Below are positions 23,070 to 37,499 of a DNA stretch of 64,000 bases, one piece after another (position 1 is the first letter of the stretch; the number at the start of each line of letters is the position of its first letter). The DNA is from Octopus sinensis (taxonomy: Eukaryota), in assembly GCF_006345805.1 (NCBI RefSeq), contig NC_043022.1:16430001-16494000 (forward strand). The letters are read 5' to 3'. Position numbers and translations under genes: made by a program. The notes beneath the pieces were generated by a model, which saw only the letters and a list, made by a program, of their open reading frames with translations, searched no databases and had not been told where the DNA came from.

Positions 23070-24526
23070 CATGACAACATGATGAAGCAGTGAATAAACA
23101 CTGTATCATGTGACCAAATGGAAAGAGCAGACAGTGTATCACATGAATAACAAATAAGAGAAGAACAGAGAAAAATTTATTTTGTTTGTTTGACACTTGT
23201 GTTTTTATGGTCTGCCACATATGTCACTTCTCTTTGAAGTTGGTTAAGAAAAATGAAATGGTGTTAGTCTATTGTTGAGAAGATTGTCTGTAAATGTAAT
23301 GTGTAGAGAGCAGAATTGTTTATGTCATGCATTGTTTATGAGTAGCTGGGAGTTGGTGAAATAGTTTTTGCTTTTCGACACTTATATGCTGTGCCAGTGT
23401 TGTAGTATATCGTTGTGTAAATTTATTTATCTCTCCTTATATGATATTTTGGAAATCCCTCTTGATGGTCAGAGTTCAGATCTGAGAAAAGATCTTGGCT
23501 GCACTTAGAGATTTTGTTTCTACTGTGAACAGAAAGAGAGATCTTTGAGTTTGCTCTCACTGCACAGCACTTTGGACTAACGTCTTCTACAACAGCCTCA
23601 GACTGTAAGTAAAATTGTTAAATACTGGAGTTGATTGAAACCCTCCAGGGCAGTGCTCCAGTCTGGTCACAGCCCAATGACTGATACAAGTAAAAAATTA
23701 AAGAAGAAAAGTCTTTGTGGATAAAGACTACATAGTTAAATAATTAGTATGGAAGAGAAGTAGAGAACCCCTCCCCTACACACAAAATTCTGCTTCTACT
23801 CAAATTTGAAGCTGTGAGCAAACATTTTTTCCAGCACAGATGCACTCCTTCAAGTTCTCATGCAGTTGCAATTGACCCCTGGTACCAAATCGGTCCCCAC
23901 ACACTGATGTACAGAATGAACCCAGAAAGGTGATAAAGTTTTGCTGTACTTAAGTGAACGAGGTGATCAAGAACCAAAGTTCTGTCTTCTCTAGCAGTAA
24001 TGTATAAAAGTTTATTGAGGAAGTAAAATCTGAGCCAATGTTATTGAGAGGCAGCTTTGTAAGACCAGAGACAGGAAAGGAATCTGGGGTCTCCAAAGAT
24101 AACAACTTTGCTTTCATTAAGTGAACAAAGGACTTTCTGCAAGATTGTTTGCTGAGCTAGAAATAGTGGCTAAATCTCCTCAGATTATACCTGGTTGTCT
24201 TAAAATAAGAATACATTGAACAATCAAAGATGCATTTGCATTCTGATGGACAGGGACGAATGATGGTCACAGCTGGGTTGTCTTTCATCATTGAACTGTT
24301 AGATCTCAGCTGATTTCAGGCTAACGAGCTGCAACTTTTGCTTTCATCAAGGTTCCCTTGTGGCTTCATGGTAGGGCATAAAAACCCCACAGCTATGCAT
24401 AAAATTCTTATTAAACTATCTTACCTAAAAATGCCTTTTAAAAACATTTTTACTCGTATTATGCTTGCAGAGTTTATTTTTTAAGTTTTATGCTATTGAA
24501 ATTGAAAGAACTTCTCAAATATTTGA

Positions 24527-24701
24527 CCCTTTTGGAATGAAGAATTTGATAAAATAACTTCCTTATTACTTAGCTGGTATTTGGAAGTGAATTAACATGA
24601 AAATTTTGATGGGAAGTTATAACTTAGATCACTTTAAAGCAAGAAGTTTGTATCATAGAACTAGAGTGGTGGTGGTCACAGGTGGGTTGGTATCCAAAGG
24701 G
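24527..24701. mobile_element. piggyBac-type MITE (family P2, reverse, internally deleted)
   Basis: Starts ttga-CCCTTTT and ends GGTATCCAAAGGG-TTAA. Homologous to 9008-9229. Confidence 0.6.
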
Positions 24702-24835
24702 TTAATATTTCAACAGTGGAGCGACATTAATGCCCCATTTTCACCAAGTCATTTTTTTATAAGCACATTTGTTCATTACTCTACCTCCATACCTCAGTCT
24801 CTAGATTTACTGCAGTCACTAGGTATATAGAACTA

Positions 24836-24911
<76 letters not shown>

Positions 24912-24995
24912 ATATATATATATATATTATATATATATATATGTATATATATATACTATACTCTACAGTATCTAAGTATATAGTAACCACTAGGC

Positions 24996-25043
<48 letters not shown>

Positions 25044-27525
25044 ATATTTGTATGTATATAGTTACTATGCCACTATACTATATTGTATGAAGGTTGATAA
25101 TAACCTGTTCTTATTTTCCCATAGTGACTCTTGGAGTCATTATTATTATTATTGTTGTTACTATATTTATAAGGTTTATAAATTCTTATATTTACAAGGT
25201 TTAGCAGAGTGGTGTCAGTGTTCACTGGAGCTCTGCTAAACTGATCTTACTGTTGTTATTATTATTATTACTGGTGTAATTAATAGCAACCGACAGTTAT
25301 AGGTGATAATGTTCTATTTCATTAATTCTTCATTGATACCATTCGATTACTTTGAACTGCAAAACTTTAACGGTGATTAAATCAAGCAAATTTACCATAA
25401 CCTATACATACACAACTTACATACAAATACACTCATGCATACTCAGACACAACTCACACATACACATGTGCATTAACACATACACACACACACACGCAGA
25501 TATGCACACACACACACACGCTCACTCACACACACACACAATGGAGTCGCAAGTACTCTAAGTTTATGTATTGTAAACAAAATATTCCAGACAAATGTTG
25601 AAAAGAGGAATAACAGAATGGAGGTTGGTAGTTAATTATTACTGAACTGATATTGAGGAATGAGAATGTAACAAGTAGACATGTACACACACACACACAC
25701 ACACACCACACACACACACACACACAAACTTATTGAAGTGATGCTGAACATTGAAATGACTCGCCAACACTTAGATTTCTCCTCTTCCTTTCGTTTGTTT
25801 AGAATCTCTTGTAAACATTGATGGTTAAGGAATCTTTCAAGAATTTTTAAAAACTTTGAATTTTGTTATTATGAAAATAATAGCAACATTTCAATTTAAT
25901 TTCCTTATTTGAAGGCTGACAGAAGCTGAAACAGTAGCGGAGGAGATATTGAATACTTAAAAAAAAAAAATTTTTTTAAAGTAAAATTAAATAAAATCAT
26001 CAAATGAAATAAAATAAAAAAAATAATAAATGATGAGTAAGTAGGAGGGGGGGGGGGAAGACAGAAAGAGAAAAAAATATATCAATTTACTCCTTTATTA
26101 CTTTCACTGTACTTTATAATAGCATTTGCAATCAGCTTTTTGCTGGTTATATCAACCACTGAACATACCAATAGTGAATACTACTGCTGCTACTACTGCT
26201 GCTGCTATTGCTGCTATTGCTACCGTCGCCACCGTCGCCACCACCACCACCACCACCACCTCGTGCAGTTCACTACACAAACTGATATTTTGCTTTTGCT
26301 ATTGATTCATATATAAAATGGTGGAAGCAAGTGACTAGTCATTGCTGAAATCAGCAGCTGCAGCGAAGATGAAGGGAAGATGAGGCTGCAGATGACAAAA
26401 AAAGAAAAAAAGGAAATAAAATAACAAAAAAAAAAGAAAAGAAAATAAAGAAGAAAAAAAATAAATGTAGAAGAAGCAAACAAACAAACAAACAAACAAG
26501 CAAAAAGAAAAGGTGGGGGGAGCAAACAGCAACACTTGACATGCATCCTGACTTCGAATCTCCCTGTGAAGTCTGCCTCCTCTCCCTCTTCCTCTTCTTT
26601 CCCTGGAAAGAAATCCTGCAAGCCGCATGCTTGTTCATACTTTCTCCGATCAGCCTGTTGTCTGTGATGGTTTCTTACCCATAACAAAACTCTAATAATC
26701 ACAATAATAATAATAATAATAATAACGATAACGATAACAATAATAATAATAATAATAGTAATTGGAACTAAGAGTTTGTCCTTTAACGTCTATTAGATTT
26801 ACACGTGTGACGAGTGAGGAGAAAGAATTAAAGCTACGGCGGCAGCATCGACAACAACAATAACAGTAGCTACGCCCTCAAAAACAACACTTTTTGCTGG
26901 TTGAGTGTGCAACAAATGTGAATTAGCAGTCATTGTATAAAACAGCAACAAATGTGAATTGTTGCCGATTAAAAGTGAGAGAGAGAGATTAAAAAAAGAG
27001 AGGCTGCTGAAGGAAACAAATACATACAAACACACATATATATAATATATATATATTTACACTTGTTATATATTTATATGATATAAACACGCACGTAAAA
27101 GTCTGTCATACTTTTGCAATTAAAGTGCAGCATGTAAGTTGCTGCATCTTTATCTGCATCAATTGGAAAATTTATTGAAAATACGATAAAGTTTAATTAA
27201 AAATTTCGAGGTAAGACAATTTCATTCTTTGGATTTCAATGATTCCTTCTGATTTTTTTCCCATATTTTTGTTATCCTTCTGATCCTCCCTTGGTTTGTT
27301 TTTGTTCTAATTTACAAGTAATATTGCAGCTGATCCTTCTTAACCCCAAACATAAACATTCATACCAAAACTATGTCACACACACTCATATATATATATA
27401 TATATAAACACACACACACACATGTTAGCATTTATAAATGCAAGCTTATGTATACTCATATTAACATAGCCACTCATATTCTGAAACACCTCTGCTACAC
27501 ACAAATGTATATACAATTATATATA

Positions 27526-27584
<59 letters not shown>

Positions 27585-28571
27585 GATGGACCTTGATTAT
27601 TATATGTTTAATACTCTAGATTAATATTTGCATTATGTCTGTAGTTGTCTGTGTTAATATGTTTACAAATTTCTGTACTTATAATTGCTTTTCTTACCTG
27701 TCTGTATTAGTTTTAATGAATGAAAATTTTTCAATGTATATCTGCCAATGAAATATATTAATACTTAGTTAGATATATTATACTGTGTGTGTGTGTGGTG
27801 TGTGTGTGTGTGTGGTTTTTCCTTATCAATATGATGCTGGTTTCTTTAGATTAGTTATTATCTCTTCTGGTGATAAACAATACCAGTGACAGATATATAT
27901 TCTTGCTGAAATTATATCAGTGTCTCTCTTTTACTATTTTTTTTGTTTTGGTTCCTGCTAAAGTTATCCATTCTTGCATAGGAACGTTTTAGAGGAGGAG
28001 GCGGAGAGAATTATCTTTTCCATTTATTCTTTTTGTTTTGTTTTTAGAAGTTTAATTATTCGCATTTAAATTGAATCCAAATCTCCCTTCTTAATAGATT
28101 TCTGTTAATTTCTGTGTTATTTTAGTCTCTTTGTGTTTTACTTTAAGTATTTCTGTTTTACTTAGCTTCAAGTCAGAAAATTTATTGAACTTAAGAAAAG
28201 TAAAAAAGAGAAAAAAAAGAGAAGAAAATCTCATTATAAAATCTCGATGAAATCTGTCTATTTTAAAGTTTTTTCAAATTTAAACTATCTCTCATTCATT
28301 TCCTCATTATTTCTCCCTCTTTTTCCACACTCTTTCTCTCTCGTTCTTTCTTTTCCTTTCTTCCTCTCTTTTCCTCCTTTAATATTCTTCAGACATAATT
28401 TCTAATATATAGATTGTCTTATCTAAATTAAATGTTTAATTCACCCTTATTAATTGCAACTATACAATTAATCTTTGACAAATTTCCCAAGATAAATATA
28501 ATTAATATATATATATATTCTTTTGTATTAAATTGTTTAGAAACTTCATTTAGGCAATTGTTGTTGTTGTG

Positions 28572-29000
28572 AGGGTAGTGAATTAGCTAAATTGTTAGAG
28601 CATTGAAAAAATGCTTTAAAGTATTTGTTGTGGTCCTTCATGTTCTGAGTTCAAATCCCACTGAAGTTAGTTTTCAGGGTCAGTAAACTACCAGCCACGT
28701 ACTAGGGTCAGTGGTTTCAAATACATTTCTAAACCATGTACCAAAATTAGAAAAATTATTATTATTATTATTATCATCATCATCATCATCATCATCATTG
28801 TGGTAAGCTGGTATAATCATAATAGAGTTATAAAAAATATTAGCAGTAGTCTGTCTCTTTACATTCCAAGTTCAAATTCTGCTGAAGTCAGTTTTGCCTT
28901 TCATTGATAAAATAAAGTACCAGTAATGTTCTGACGTTAATATATACAACTAACGCTTCCCCTTAAAAATTGCTGGCCTTGTGCCAGAATTCAAAACAAT
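28572..29000 (+). mobile_element. Two diverged Meta-domain SINEs (about 28572-28755 and 28800-29000)
   Basis: gttctgagttcaaatccc / agttcaaattctgctgaagtc...gcctttcattgataaaataaagtaccag. Confidence 0.55.
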
Positions 29001-29272
29001 TTTTATTGGGTTCAAATTCCACTAGTTCACCATTTTTTTTTTCATTTTTTCCTGTTACTCATAAAACAGATAGCAGTCATTCATCTCGTATCTGCTCAGG
29101 AAAAAAAAAAGAAAAACTATTCTTATTTATCATTGTTAAAATGACACAGGCAAATAGTGTGGTTGGAAAAACTCTCATATATATATAAATATGTTTGGTT
29201 AAGTGAGCCCAGCAAGCTATAATACTCTGCTATGGCATCATTGTCATCGTTGTCATTTTTATTGTGGTTCTT

Positions 29273-29660
29273 ACGCAAGAGTAACTGTGTGGTAAGGAGC
29301 TTGCTTACCAACCACATGGTTCTGGGTTCAGTCCCACTGCGTGGCACCTTGAGCAAGTAAGTGTCTTCTACTATAGCCTTGGGCTGACCAAAGCCTTGTG
29401 AGTGGATTTGGTAGATGGAAACTGAAAGAATCCTGTCATATATATGTATATATATGTATGTATGTGTGTGTGTATATGTTTGTGTGTCTGTGTTTGTCCC
29501 ACCAACATAGCTTGACAACCGATGCTGGTATGTTTACATCCCCGTAACTTAGTGGTTCAGTAAAAGAGACCAATAGAATAAGTACTAGGCTTACAAAGAA
29601 TAAGTCCTGGGGTCGATTTGCTCAACTAAATGCAGTGCTCCAGCATGGCCGCAGTCAATT
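29273..29660 (+). mobile_element. Family A SINE
   Basis: High similarity to 3496-3890. Confidence 0.85.
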
Positions 29661-30629
29661 TAAGAAGCCTTTGAAACTTTGTCACATGGGTCCAAATCAA
29701 ACTGTTTTAAAGAATAATTGTGTGTGTGTGTGTGTGTGTGTGTTTATAGTAAAGTATTATAAATTACAGCATTTAGCTTTAGTAAGTATATTTGAATTTT
29801 GTTGGTTATGAATTTAACTCTCTAACCCTACCCAGAATGTTAGTAAAATACCAGTGATATACTGTGGTTAATTCATTAGAGTAAAGGGCAGACTAAACAG
29901 TTGCTTTCTACAAAAAGTTGGCTTCCTAATTAGCTGAAAGAAATAATAATTAATAAAAGAGCAATAAAGATGGCTGAGACAGTAGGGTCTTTGACTAAAT
30001 CAAATACAGTCAGGGCTTTCAGTGCTATTGGGTCTGAGTTCAAATTCCATTTGAGCAGTTGACTTAGTTTATTGACTGCTAAGCAAGGAAAATTAACCAA
30101 TCACCAGAAATACCAGCTATATATTGATTTGAATTCAGTTGACTCTTTTCCCACTTTGGATGACTCACTTCCCACTATATCATATTATTACATGAGAAAG
30201 GATGAACACCACAGCATCTATAATCCTCTCCATTTTCTCATCCAGATGTCATCTCACAATTTCTATGTATAGCTATTCACTCTTTAGACATACTTGGGTT
30301 GGTATTAGTAACTGGATTTGTTTAGTTTCATTTTAGTTTCTTTTATTCTGTATTTCTTTCTACCTCTAAACCGCACCCCCTCACCCCCACCACCACCACC
30401 ACCACCACCACCAATTCTCCAAAGGTGTGGAATGAGGGAATTTGATGGTTGAGAATATGGTGGGTGTAGAATCACTGATAAGAATTCTGAAGGGAAACTT
30501 ATAAGAATTTCTAAGTTTTCCTGAAGACTTTGCTTATCTCTGTTGAATGACATTCAATATTGTGTAACTTGCTCAAACAACCATGAACAGAATAAACAAA
30601 CTTTGGTGATAAGGAGTAATTTAACCAGC

Positions 30630-30630
30630 A

Positions 30631-30705
<75 letters not shown>

Positions 30706-30808
30706 CATCATTATTATTGTCATTATTATTATTATTATTATCATCATTATTATTGTCATTATTATTATTATTATTATTATCATTATTATTATTATCATTA
30801 TTATTATA

Positions 30809-30841
<33 letters not shown>

Positions 30842-30855
30842 GTTGTTGTTGTTGG
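30630..30855. repeat. (ATT)n/(ATC)/(GTT) microsatellite
   Basis: Direct reading. Confidence 0.95.
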
Positions 30856-31023
30856 TGTTTGTTTCAGTTTTAGATGCTATTTAGTCAAACATGATATAAC
30901 CCTGCTCTCCACTCATCTATTATATCTGTCACTTAATTAGTTAATTTAGAATAAGTTTTATCTCTAATATAAATACTAAAACCTTTACAATTGAATGTTT
31001 ATATACATGTGTGTATTTATATG

Positions 31024-31054
<31 letters not shown>

Positions 31055-31427
31055 ACGAAATTTAGGTGTGTCTTTTGTTTAGATATAAATGTTTTGTGTA
31101 GCTGACTTTAGCTGATGCTGTTCATCTGAAACAAATCTTGACTTAAAGACACACACTGGTTGATTAATGTCAATTGAATATGTGCTATGATCTTTAGTTA
31201 AGAGGAAATAATCTGGTTTGCTAACATGAACTTTAATATATATATATATATGCCACCTCCCAAAACTCTGTGTGTGTCTGTGTGTGTGTGTATAAAATAT
31301 TTATTTACAGCACAATGTGTATTAAAAACCTGAAATAAAATTTAAGTAGTTAAAAGTGCTCTATTTTAAGACTTGGATGTGAGAGTTTGAACAGATGTAA
31401 ATACATCTGGTAATTCTCTCTCTTTCC

Positions 31428-31461
<34 letters not shown>

Positions 31462-31578
31462 GTGTGTCCATATCCAGTTTGATGATCAGAAACATGAAAT
31501 TCAAATAACTAGATGTGATAGATGTGAGTTGCCAGCTCCAATAATTATACGCACACATGAGTGTGTGTATGCATGTAT

Positions 31579-31619
<41 letters not shown>

Positions 31620-31683
31620 CATAAACATATGGATGTGTATAGACATAAGTATATGTACATATGTTCATGTGTGTATGTGTGTG

Positions 31684-31715
<32 letters not shown>

Positions 31716-31854
31716 TATATGCACACATATATATATGCACATATATACATATATATATATATGCGCGCATATACATATATATATGCACATATATGCATGT
31801 ATATATATATGTATATATATATATATTATATATATATATATACATATATATATA

Positions 31855-31903
<49 letters not shown>

Positions 31904-31970
31904 ATATACATACATATATATATGTACATGTGTTTACATTCTCCCATATGCACGCGTGTGTGTGCATACA
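31428..31970. repeat. Compound (TG)/(CA)/(TA) microsatellite
   Basis: Direct reading; source of several spurious ORFs. Confidence 0.9.
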
Positions 31971-32929
31971 CAGCCAGTCTTTAATGTTATTGTTGAGCTG
32001 AGATGCAAAAGCTTTTGAGCCCATCACAACCTGATCTGTGTGTGATGTCTGCTTTAAAACTTTGTCATTAATGTCTCCTCAGTCTTTGATCAGTTCAAAC
32101 TCCAGACACTCACAACTCTTTCCACATAGAAATGTAGGTGATTCTAACAATTACCATAACACCCTTGCCTACGTTGTAACTTCTGCATGCTGCAGATCCT
32201 ATTATTTTGCTTTCAAATCTCTGTTGGAACTGTTTTATAGGTGTAGTGGTCATTTTTGGAATGGTGTTATTATCATCACTACATTCCACTCCTAATTGTT
32301 CGCATGCTGGCCAAAATGCTGCTAAGCATTTTTTTCTGACTTCAGATTCTGAGTTCAAACTCCATTGAAGTCGACTTTACCTTTCATCCATTTGGGGGTC
32401 AATAAAATAAGTACCAGTTGAGCACTGGGGTCAATATAATCAACTGACCCCACTTCCTGAAATTGCTGGTCTTGTGCTGAAGTTTGAAACCAATATAAAT
32501 CTGTTCCTTTTGTGTCAAAATAAAGCCCTGTTTATGTTTGTACCATATAAACCTTTACTGGTTCCAGTCAGATTTGTGACCCCTTCCTTGAAGGGCTTTA
32601 GGCAATCAGATTGACCCCCACCCCAAGAATTATTTGTTTAGTCTGGCACTTATTCAATCCAGCTGTTTTTACCAAACTGCTAAATTACTGGGATGAAAAC
32701 AAACCAACACCAGATGGTGAGGAACACAAACACACATCTCTACTCAAAACTCACTTCTACAGTTTCCATCGGTAGACTTTGGGCTTTTGTTGAAGATCCT
32801 TAGCTATGTTGCTGTGCATTAGGACTGAACCCAGAACACATAGTGATGAAATGAATTTATTGATCCTACAGTCATGTCTGTGCTTGGTGCTCCAGCATGG
32901 CTGCAGTCAAATGACTGGGACAATTAAAA

Positions 32930-33295
32930 GAATATATGTGCTTCAAACCACATGGTTTCAGGTTCAGTCTCACTGCGCTGCACCTTGGGCAAGTGTCTTA
33001 TACTATAGCCCCAAGCTAACCAAAAGCCTTGAGTGGATTTGGAAGATGGAAACTGAAAGAAGCCTGTAATATATATATTTATGGGAGTGAGAGACAGAAT
33101 TGAGAGAGGTGTGTGTGTCTGTGTTTGTCCCCCCACAACTGCTTTGCAACTGGTTACATTTCCGTAACTTAGCAGTTTGGCAAAAGAGTCCAATATAAAA
33201 AGTACCAGGCTTAAAAAATAAAGATTAAATACTGGAGTTGATTTGTTTGACTAAAATTCTTCAGGCTGATGACTGAAACAAGTAAAAGATTAAAA
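32930..33295 (+). mobile_element. Family A SINE
   Basis: aggttcagtctcactgcgctgcaccttgggcaagtgtc...gactgaaacaagtaaaaga. Confidence 0.75.
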
Positions 33296-34295
33296 GTTAG
33301 ACGTCAGTCTAAGTAAATGAGAAAATCTAATTTTTCTAAAGTTGATTTTCAGAAGTTAATTTTCTTGAACATAAGCTGAAAATATTAGATTTCACTATTT
33401 CCAATTTTTTAAAAAAGTATTGTTGTGCATGACTGTATTAGCCAATGTGTTTGTTCTTACAACAATAGTTTTGTTTGAGGGAGATTTGGCTGCTATTTAT
33501 AGCAGGTCACATAGGAACCATCTCAATGATGTTTTAAATTTCGCTCACATTGTCCACCTGAGTTTAAGAACAAAACCACAGGTAAATAAATAAATAATGT
33601 AAGATAGATACTCTATAAATATGGACTTTAACAATAAAATACAGTTTTGCTTCAGTCCCCCACTCATATTACTGGTATTCTATAACCTTATAGACCAAGT
33701 TGTATATTTTCATCAAAGTCTCTAATCTTCATTCAAGTCTTATTTACACATTATTCTGTTGATTGATGTCTCTCAAAATGAAAAGGACAGAGTTTTATAG
33801 TTATGTACACACACACACACACACAACACACACACACACAACTATATACAAACACACATATTCATTGATATACATGTATATTCAATATATATATATTTAT
33901 GTGTGCTTGTGTGTATGTATATATATACATATATGTACACAAACATATACATTCATACTTATACATATATACACACACACATTCATGTATTATCTGTTGT
34001 ATGTATGTGCATGTGTGTACATACGTGTGTATGTCTGTGTACATGTATATATATATATATATATCTAATGTAGGATAAAATTTTTTCGAAAAAAATTTTT
34101 ATCAATGGCCAGCATATTAAAAAATACCTTAAAGGTTAAATTATAAACAACTTATAAATAAGGGCAGACGAAAAAATTTAATGCCAAATATGCCGAAAAT
34201 TGGACATATTGTCCATTTACCATATAATTTTTTTCCCAGTACGCACGCTACTCGAAAAAAGGTCGACAGAAATCTCTAAAAAATTCCATTATGAC

Positions 34296-34353
34296 CATAT
34301 CGCACCGATTTCAGGGTTAGTTCAAAAAGAACCCTCCCTTCATCAGTGATACA
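34296..34353 (-). ncRNA. Type I hammerhead-like motif, copy 1 (GUG triplet)
   Basis: Minus strand reads UGUAUCA-CUGAUGA-AGGG AG GGUUC UUUUU GAACU AA CCCU-GAAA-UCGG-UG-CGAUAUG. Confidence 0.6.
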
Positions 34354-34642
34354 TAAGTTATATATATATATATATCTATATATATATATATATATAATAT
34401 ATATATATCTAATGTAGGATAAAATTTTTTCGAAAAAAATTTTTATCAATGGCCAGCATATTAAAAAATACCTTTAAAGGTTAAATTATAAACAACTTAT
34501 AAATAAGGGCAGACGAAAAAATTTCTAATGCCAAATATGCCGAAAATTGGACATATTGTCCATTTACCATATAATTTTTTTCCCAGTACGCACGCTACTC
34601 GAAAAAAGGTCGACAGAAATCTCTAAAAAATTCCATTATGAC

Positions 34643-34700
34643 CATATCGCACCGATTTCAGGGTTAGTTCAAAAAGAACCCTCCCTTCATCAGTGATACA
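34643..34700 (-). ncRNA. Type I hammerhead-like motif, copy 2 (GUG triplet)
   Basis: Identical to 34296-34353. Confidence 0.6.
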
Positions 34701-34704
34701 TAAG

Positions 34705-34741
<37 letters not shown>

Positions 34742-35451
34742 CATGAATATATAGCTATCAGTATCATCATTTTAGCTTCCACTTGCAAAGGGTCAGATGG
34801 AATTTGTTGAGGCAGGTTTTCTATGGCCGGATGCCCTTCCTGTCACCAATCCTCACCCAGGACTAGACATGTTTTCACAGAAGACTGGAAACCGAGGGCT
34901 CTGTTTGTATGACTGTGACACTCATTTATAACTGTCCTCTGACGTCTAGACAAGGAAACACAAACACACACGAAAAACATGCACACACACACAAAAAAAG
35001 AGCATGTGCTCACACACACACACACACACACATGCATGCCTGCACTACACATTTGCTGTTTATCAAGGGGATGTAATCATGAAATTTAATTTCCCAGACT
35101 GATGAACTGACAATGTTGTTCTGAAGATAATTCTTATTCTAACGTGTCAAAGTTTAAACTGTAATCAAATTACCAAAGAAAACAGCTCAGAATTAAGCTC
35201 TTAATGAAATAATAAATATAATAAGGGATGATAGTTGCTTTTACTGTTCTTCTCAAATAAAGTATAAACTTATTATCAGTACTTAATTACAGATTAAATT
35301 TAGATAAATGTTTGAAAAGAATCACATACATTAGATTATTTTCATAGTAGTTTTTTTTTTAGTTAATAATATATGATCAACTTTATAAGAGAGAAGAAGT
35401 GTTATTGTTTTGTGACTTGACTCTGGAACAGTGTGTGTGTGTGTGTGTGTG

Positions 35452-35488
<37 letters not shown>

Positions 35489-37499
35489 CGTGTGTGTCTG
35501 TTTGTACACATATAGAAAGATAGATAAATTTACACACACATACATACATGCACACACACTATGAGCTTCTTACAGTTTCCAAATTCACTCACAAAACTTT
35601 GTTCGGTCCACTGCTATAGAAGAGACTTAATCAAGGGGCCAAGCAGTGCAACTGAACTAGAGACCTAATGGTTAGGGAACAAACCTCTTAACCACACAGC
35701 CATGTCGGTATACACACACACACACGTATGCATGCACACACACATACACATAAATAAAATTTAAATGTTCACTAGATAGATATATGGATAGCTAGATGCA
35801 TAGTTACATGCATACACACACACACACACATACACACACACACACACACACATACACACACACACACATGTGCAATTTCGAATGTCTCATAAACCAAAGA
35901 AAATATATAAATGAATTATGTATTTCCGTTCAGATCTGTATCAACCATCCAATAATAAATTTAAATATTTAATTTTAATTAAATGAAATGAAATTAGGCA
36001 GGTGGTTAATGTTTTTAACTATGTTTCAGAGTGCAAATAGCATTTCTACATGCCTACATGTATCTATGACATGTGTACCCATGTTTTATTATTTTAAAGT
36101 ATCTCATAACTCGTAATTGGCCATTAAACTATCACCAAAAACACCGGCTTAATGTACTGAGGGAGAGATTAAATTTTTTGCCCCAGTTGAAGGCCGAAAA
36201 TAATATATCAGGCAAAGTGAATGCCTCACCTAGGAATTGAAACCATATCAATTTTCTTTACTCACCACAACATCACCAACAGTTCACAACATCCAGATGA
36301 TTTTATACAAATATCAAAGTAATTTTGATTTCCATTTCTTTTCTAAAATCGTTTGAAATTACCGAATTTTGTAGTTATTTGTGGCGAGTGGTGGTGGGCA
36401 TGGCAACGTTTATATAGACACCTTCTCTCATCAATGTAAACAAACACTGTTTTGAAAATTGTTTACTTTGAAAGAAGATTAGCTGGAGAAATTAATTTCA
36501 CCGACTTTTATGGTAAACTATCAAAGAATTCTCTCAGAGACTTTGGAAGATTACAAACCAACCCAGATTCTACTTTCTTCTTCTGCAGACCCCCAAGGCA
36601 ACTAAAGCTAAACTTGGCACCTAAGTTATCTCTCTAAACAACAATTAAAATCCAACAGAAGCGGCAGCACTAACAGACTTCATTTCAACTGATACAATAA
36701 ATGTCTACACATTTCTTTCTCTGTGTCAGCAGGGGAGGATTTCTCTGTGTGTGTGTGTGCGTGTATGCTTGTGTTCGATTGGGCTTGAAAGAGTGTGTGT
36801 GTGTGTGCACGTGTATGTTCGATTGGGCTTAAAAGAGTGTGTGTGTGCGTGTGTGTGTGTGTATGCTGTGTCTGTGTTTATGTGCTGTGTGTGTGTGTGT
36901 GTGCTGTGTGTATGTGTGCTGTGTGTGTGTGTGTGTGTGTGTATGTGTGCTGTGTGTGTGTGTGTGTGTGTGAATGTATCTGCTTGTTTGTGATTCTGAA
37001 CTTCTGTTTCTTTTTGTTGTTTTGTGTGCTTTTTTTTTGTCTGTGTGTGTGTGTGTCATTGTGTGTGTGTGTGTATGTCATTGTGTGTGTGTGTCATTGT
37101 GTGTGTATGTCATTGTGTGTGTGTGTATGTCATTGTGTGTGTGTGTCATTGTGTGTGTGTGTGTATGTGTCAGTGTGTGTGTGTGTCAATGTGTGTGTGT
37201 GTGTGTGCCATTGTGTGTGTGTATGTGTGTAGATGGTAAAAATGTAGTCTGGAGAGAGAGAGGGGCTGAAGTAGTTTTTAGCTGTCACTTTAGTCTTATT
37301 GGTACCGATTGGTGTTTGTACAGTTAACAGCTCGATATTATCAACAACAACAACAACAACAACAACACTAGTAGTAAACTGGACTGATGAAAGGAAGAAC
37401 TGAGAGAGGGGTGGAGGTGTGGGGGGGAGAATAGAGTTATAGATTTTATTTTTTTACTTTCCTATCTCAATTACCACTTCCATCTCCAAACAGTTGTTA

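Larger units (their letters stand above)
34065..34706 (-). repeat. Tandem dimer of a ~295-bp HHR-containing element (34065-34359 and 34409-34706) embedded in (TA)n
   Basis: The two copies appear identical except for two small indels. Each is flanked by (TA)n. Confidence 0.9.

Noticed and set aside
31361-32027. Overlapping 120-156 aa ORFs rich in Y/I/H/T/V/C (similar ones at 36751-37327, 42997-43598 and 61429-61851)
   Set aside because: They are translations of (TA)n/(CA)n/(TG)n microsatellites, which lack stop codons; there is no coding signal.
37050-37215. Regularly spaced gtcatt units that look array-like (CRISPR-like)
   Set aside because: The spacers are just (TG)n; this is a eukaryotic minisatellite with no cas genes.
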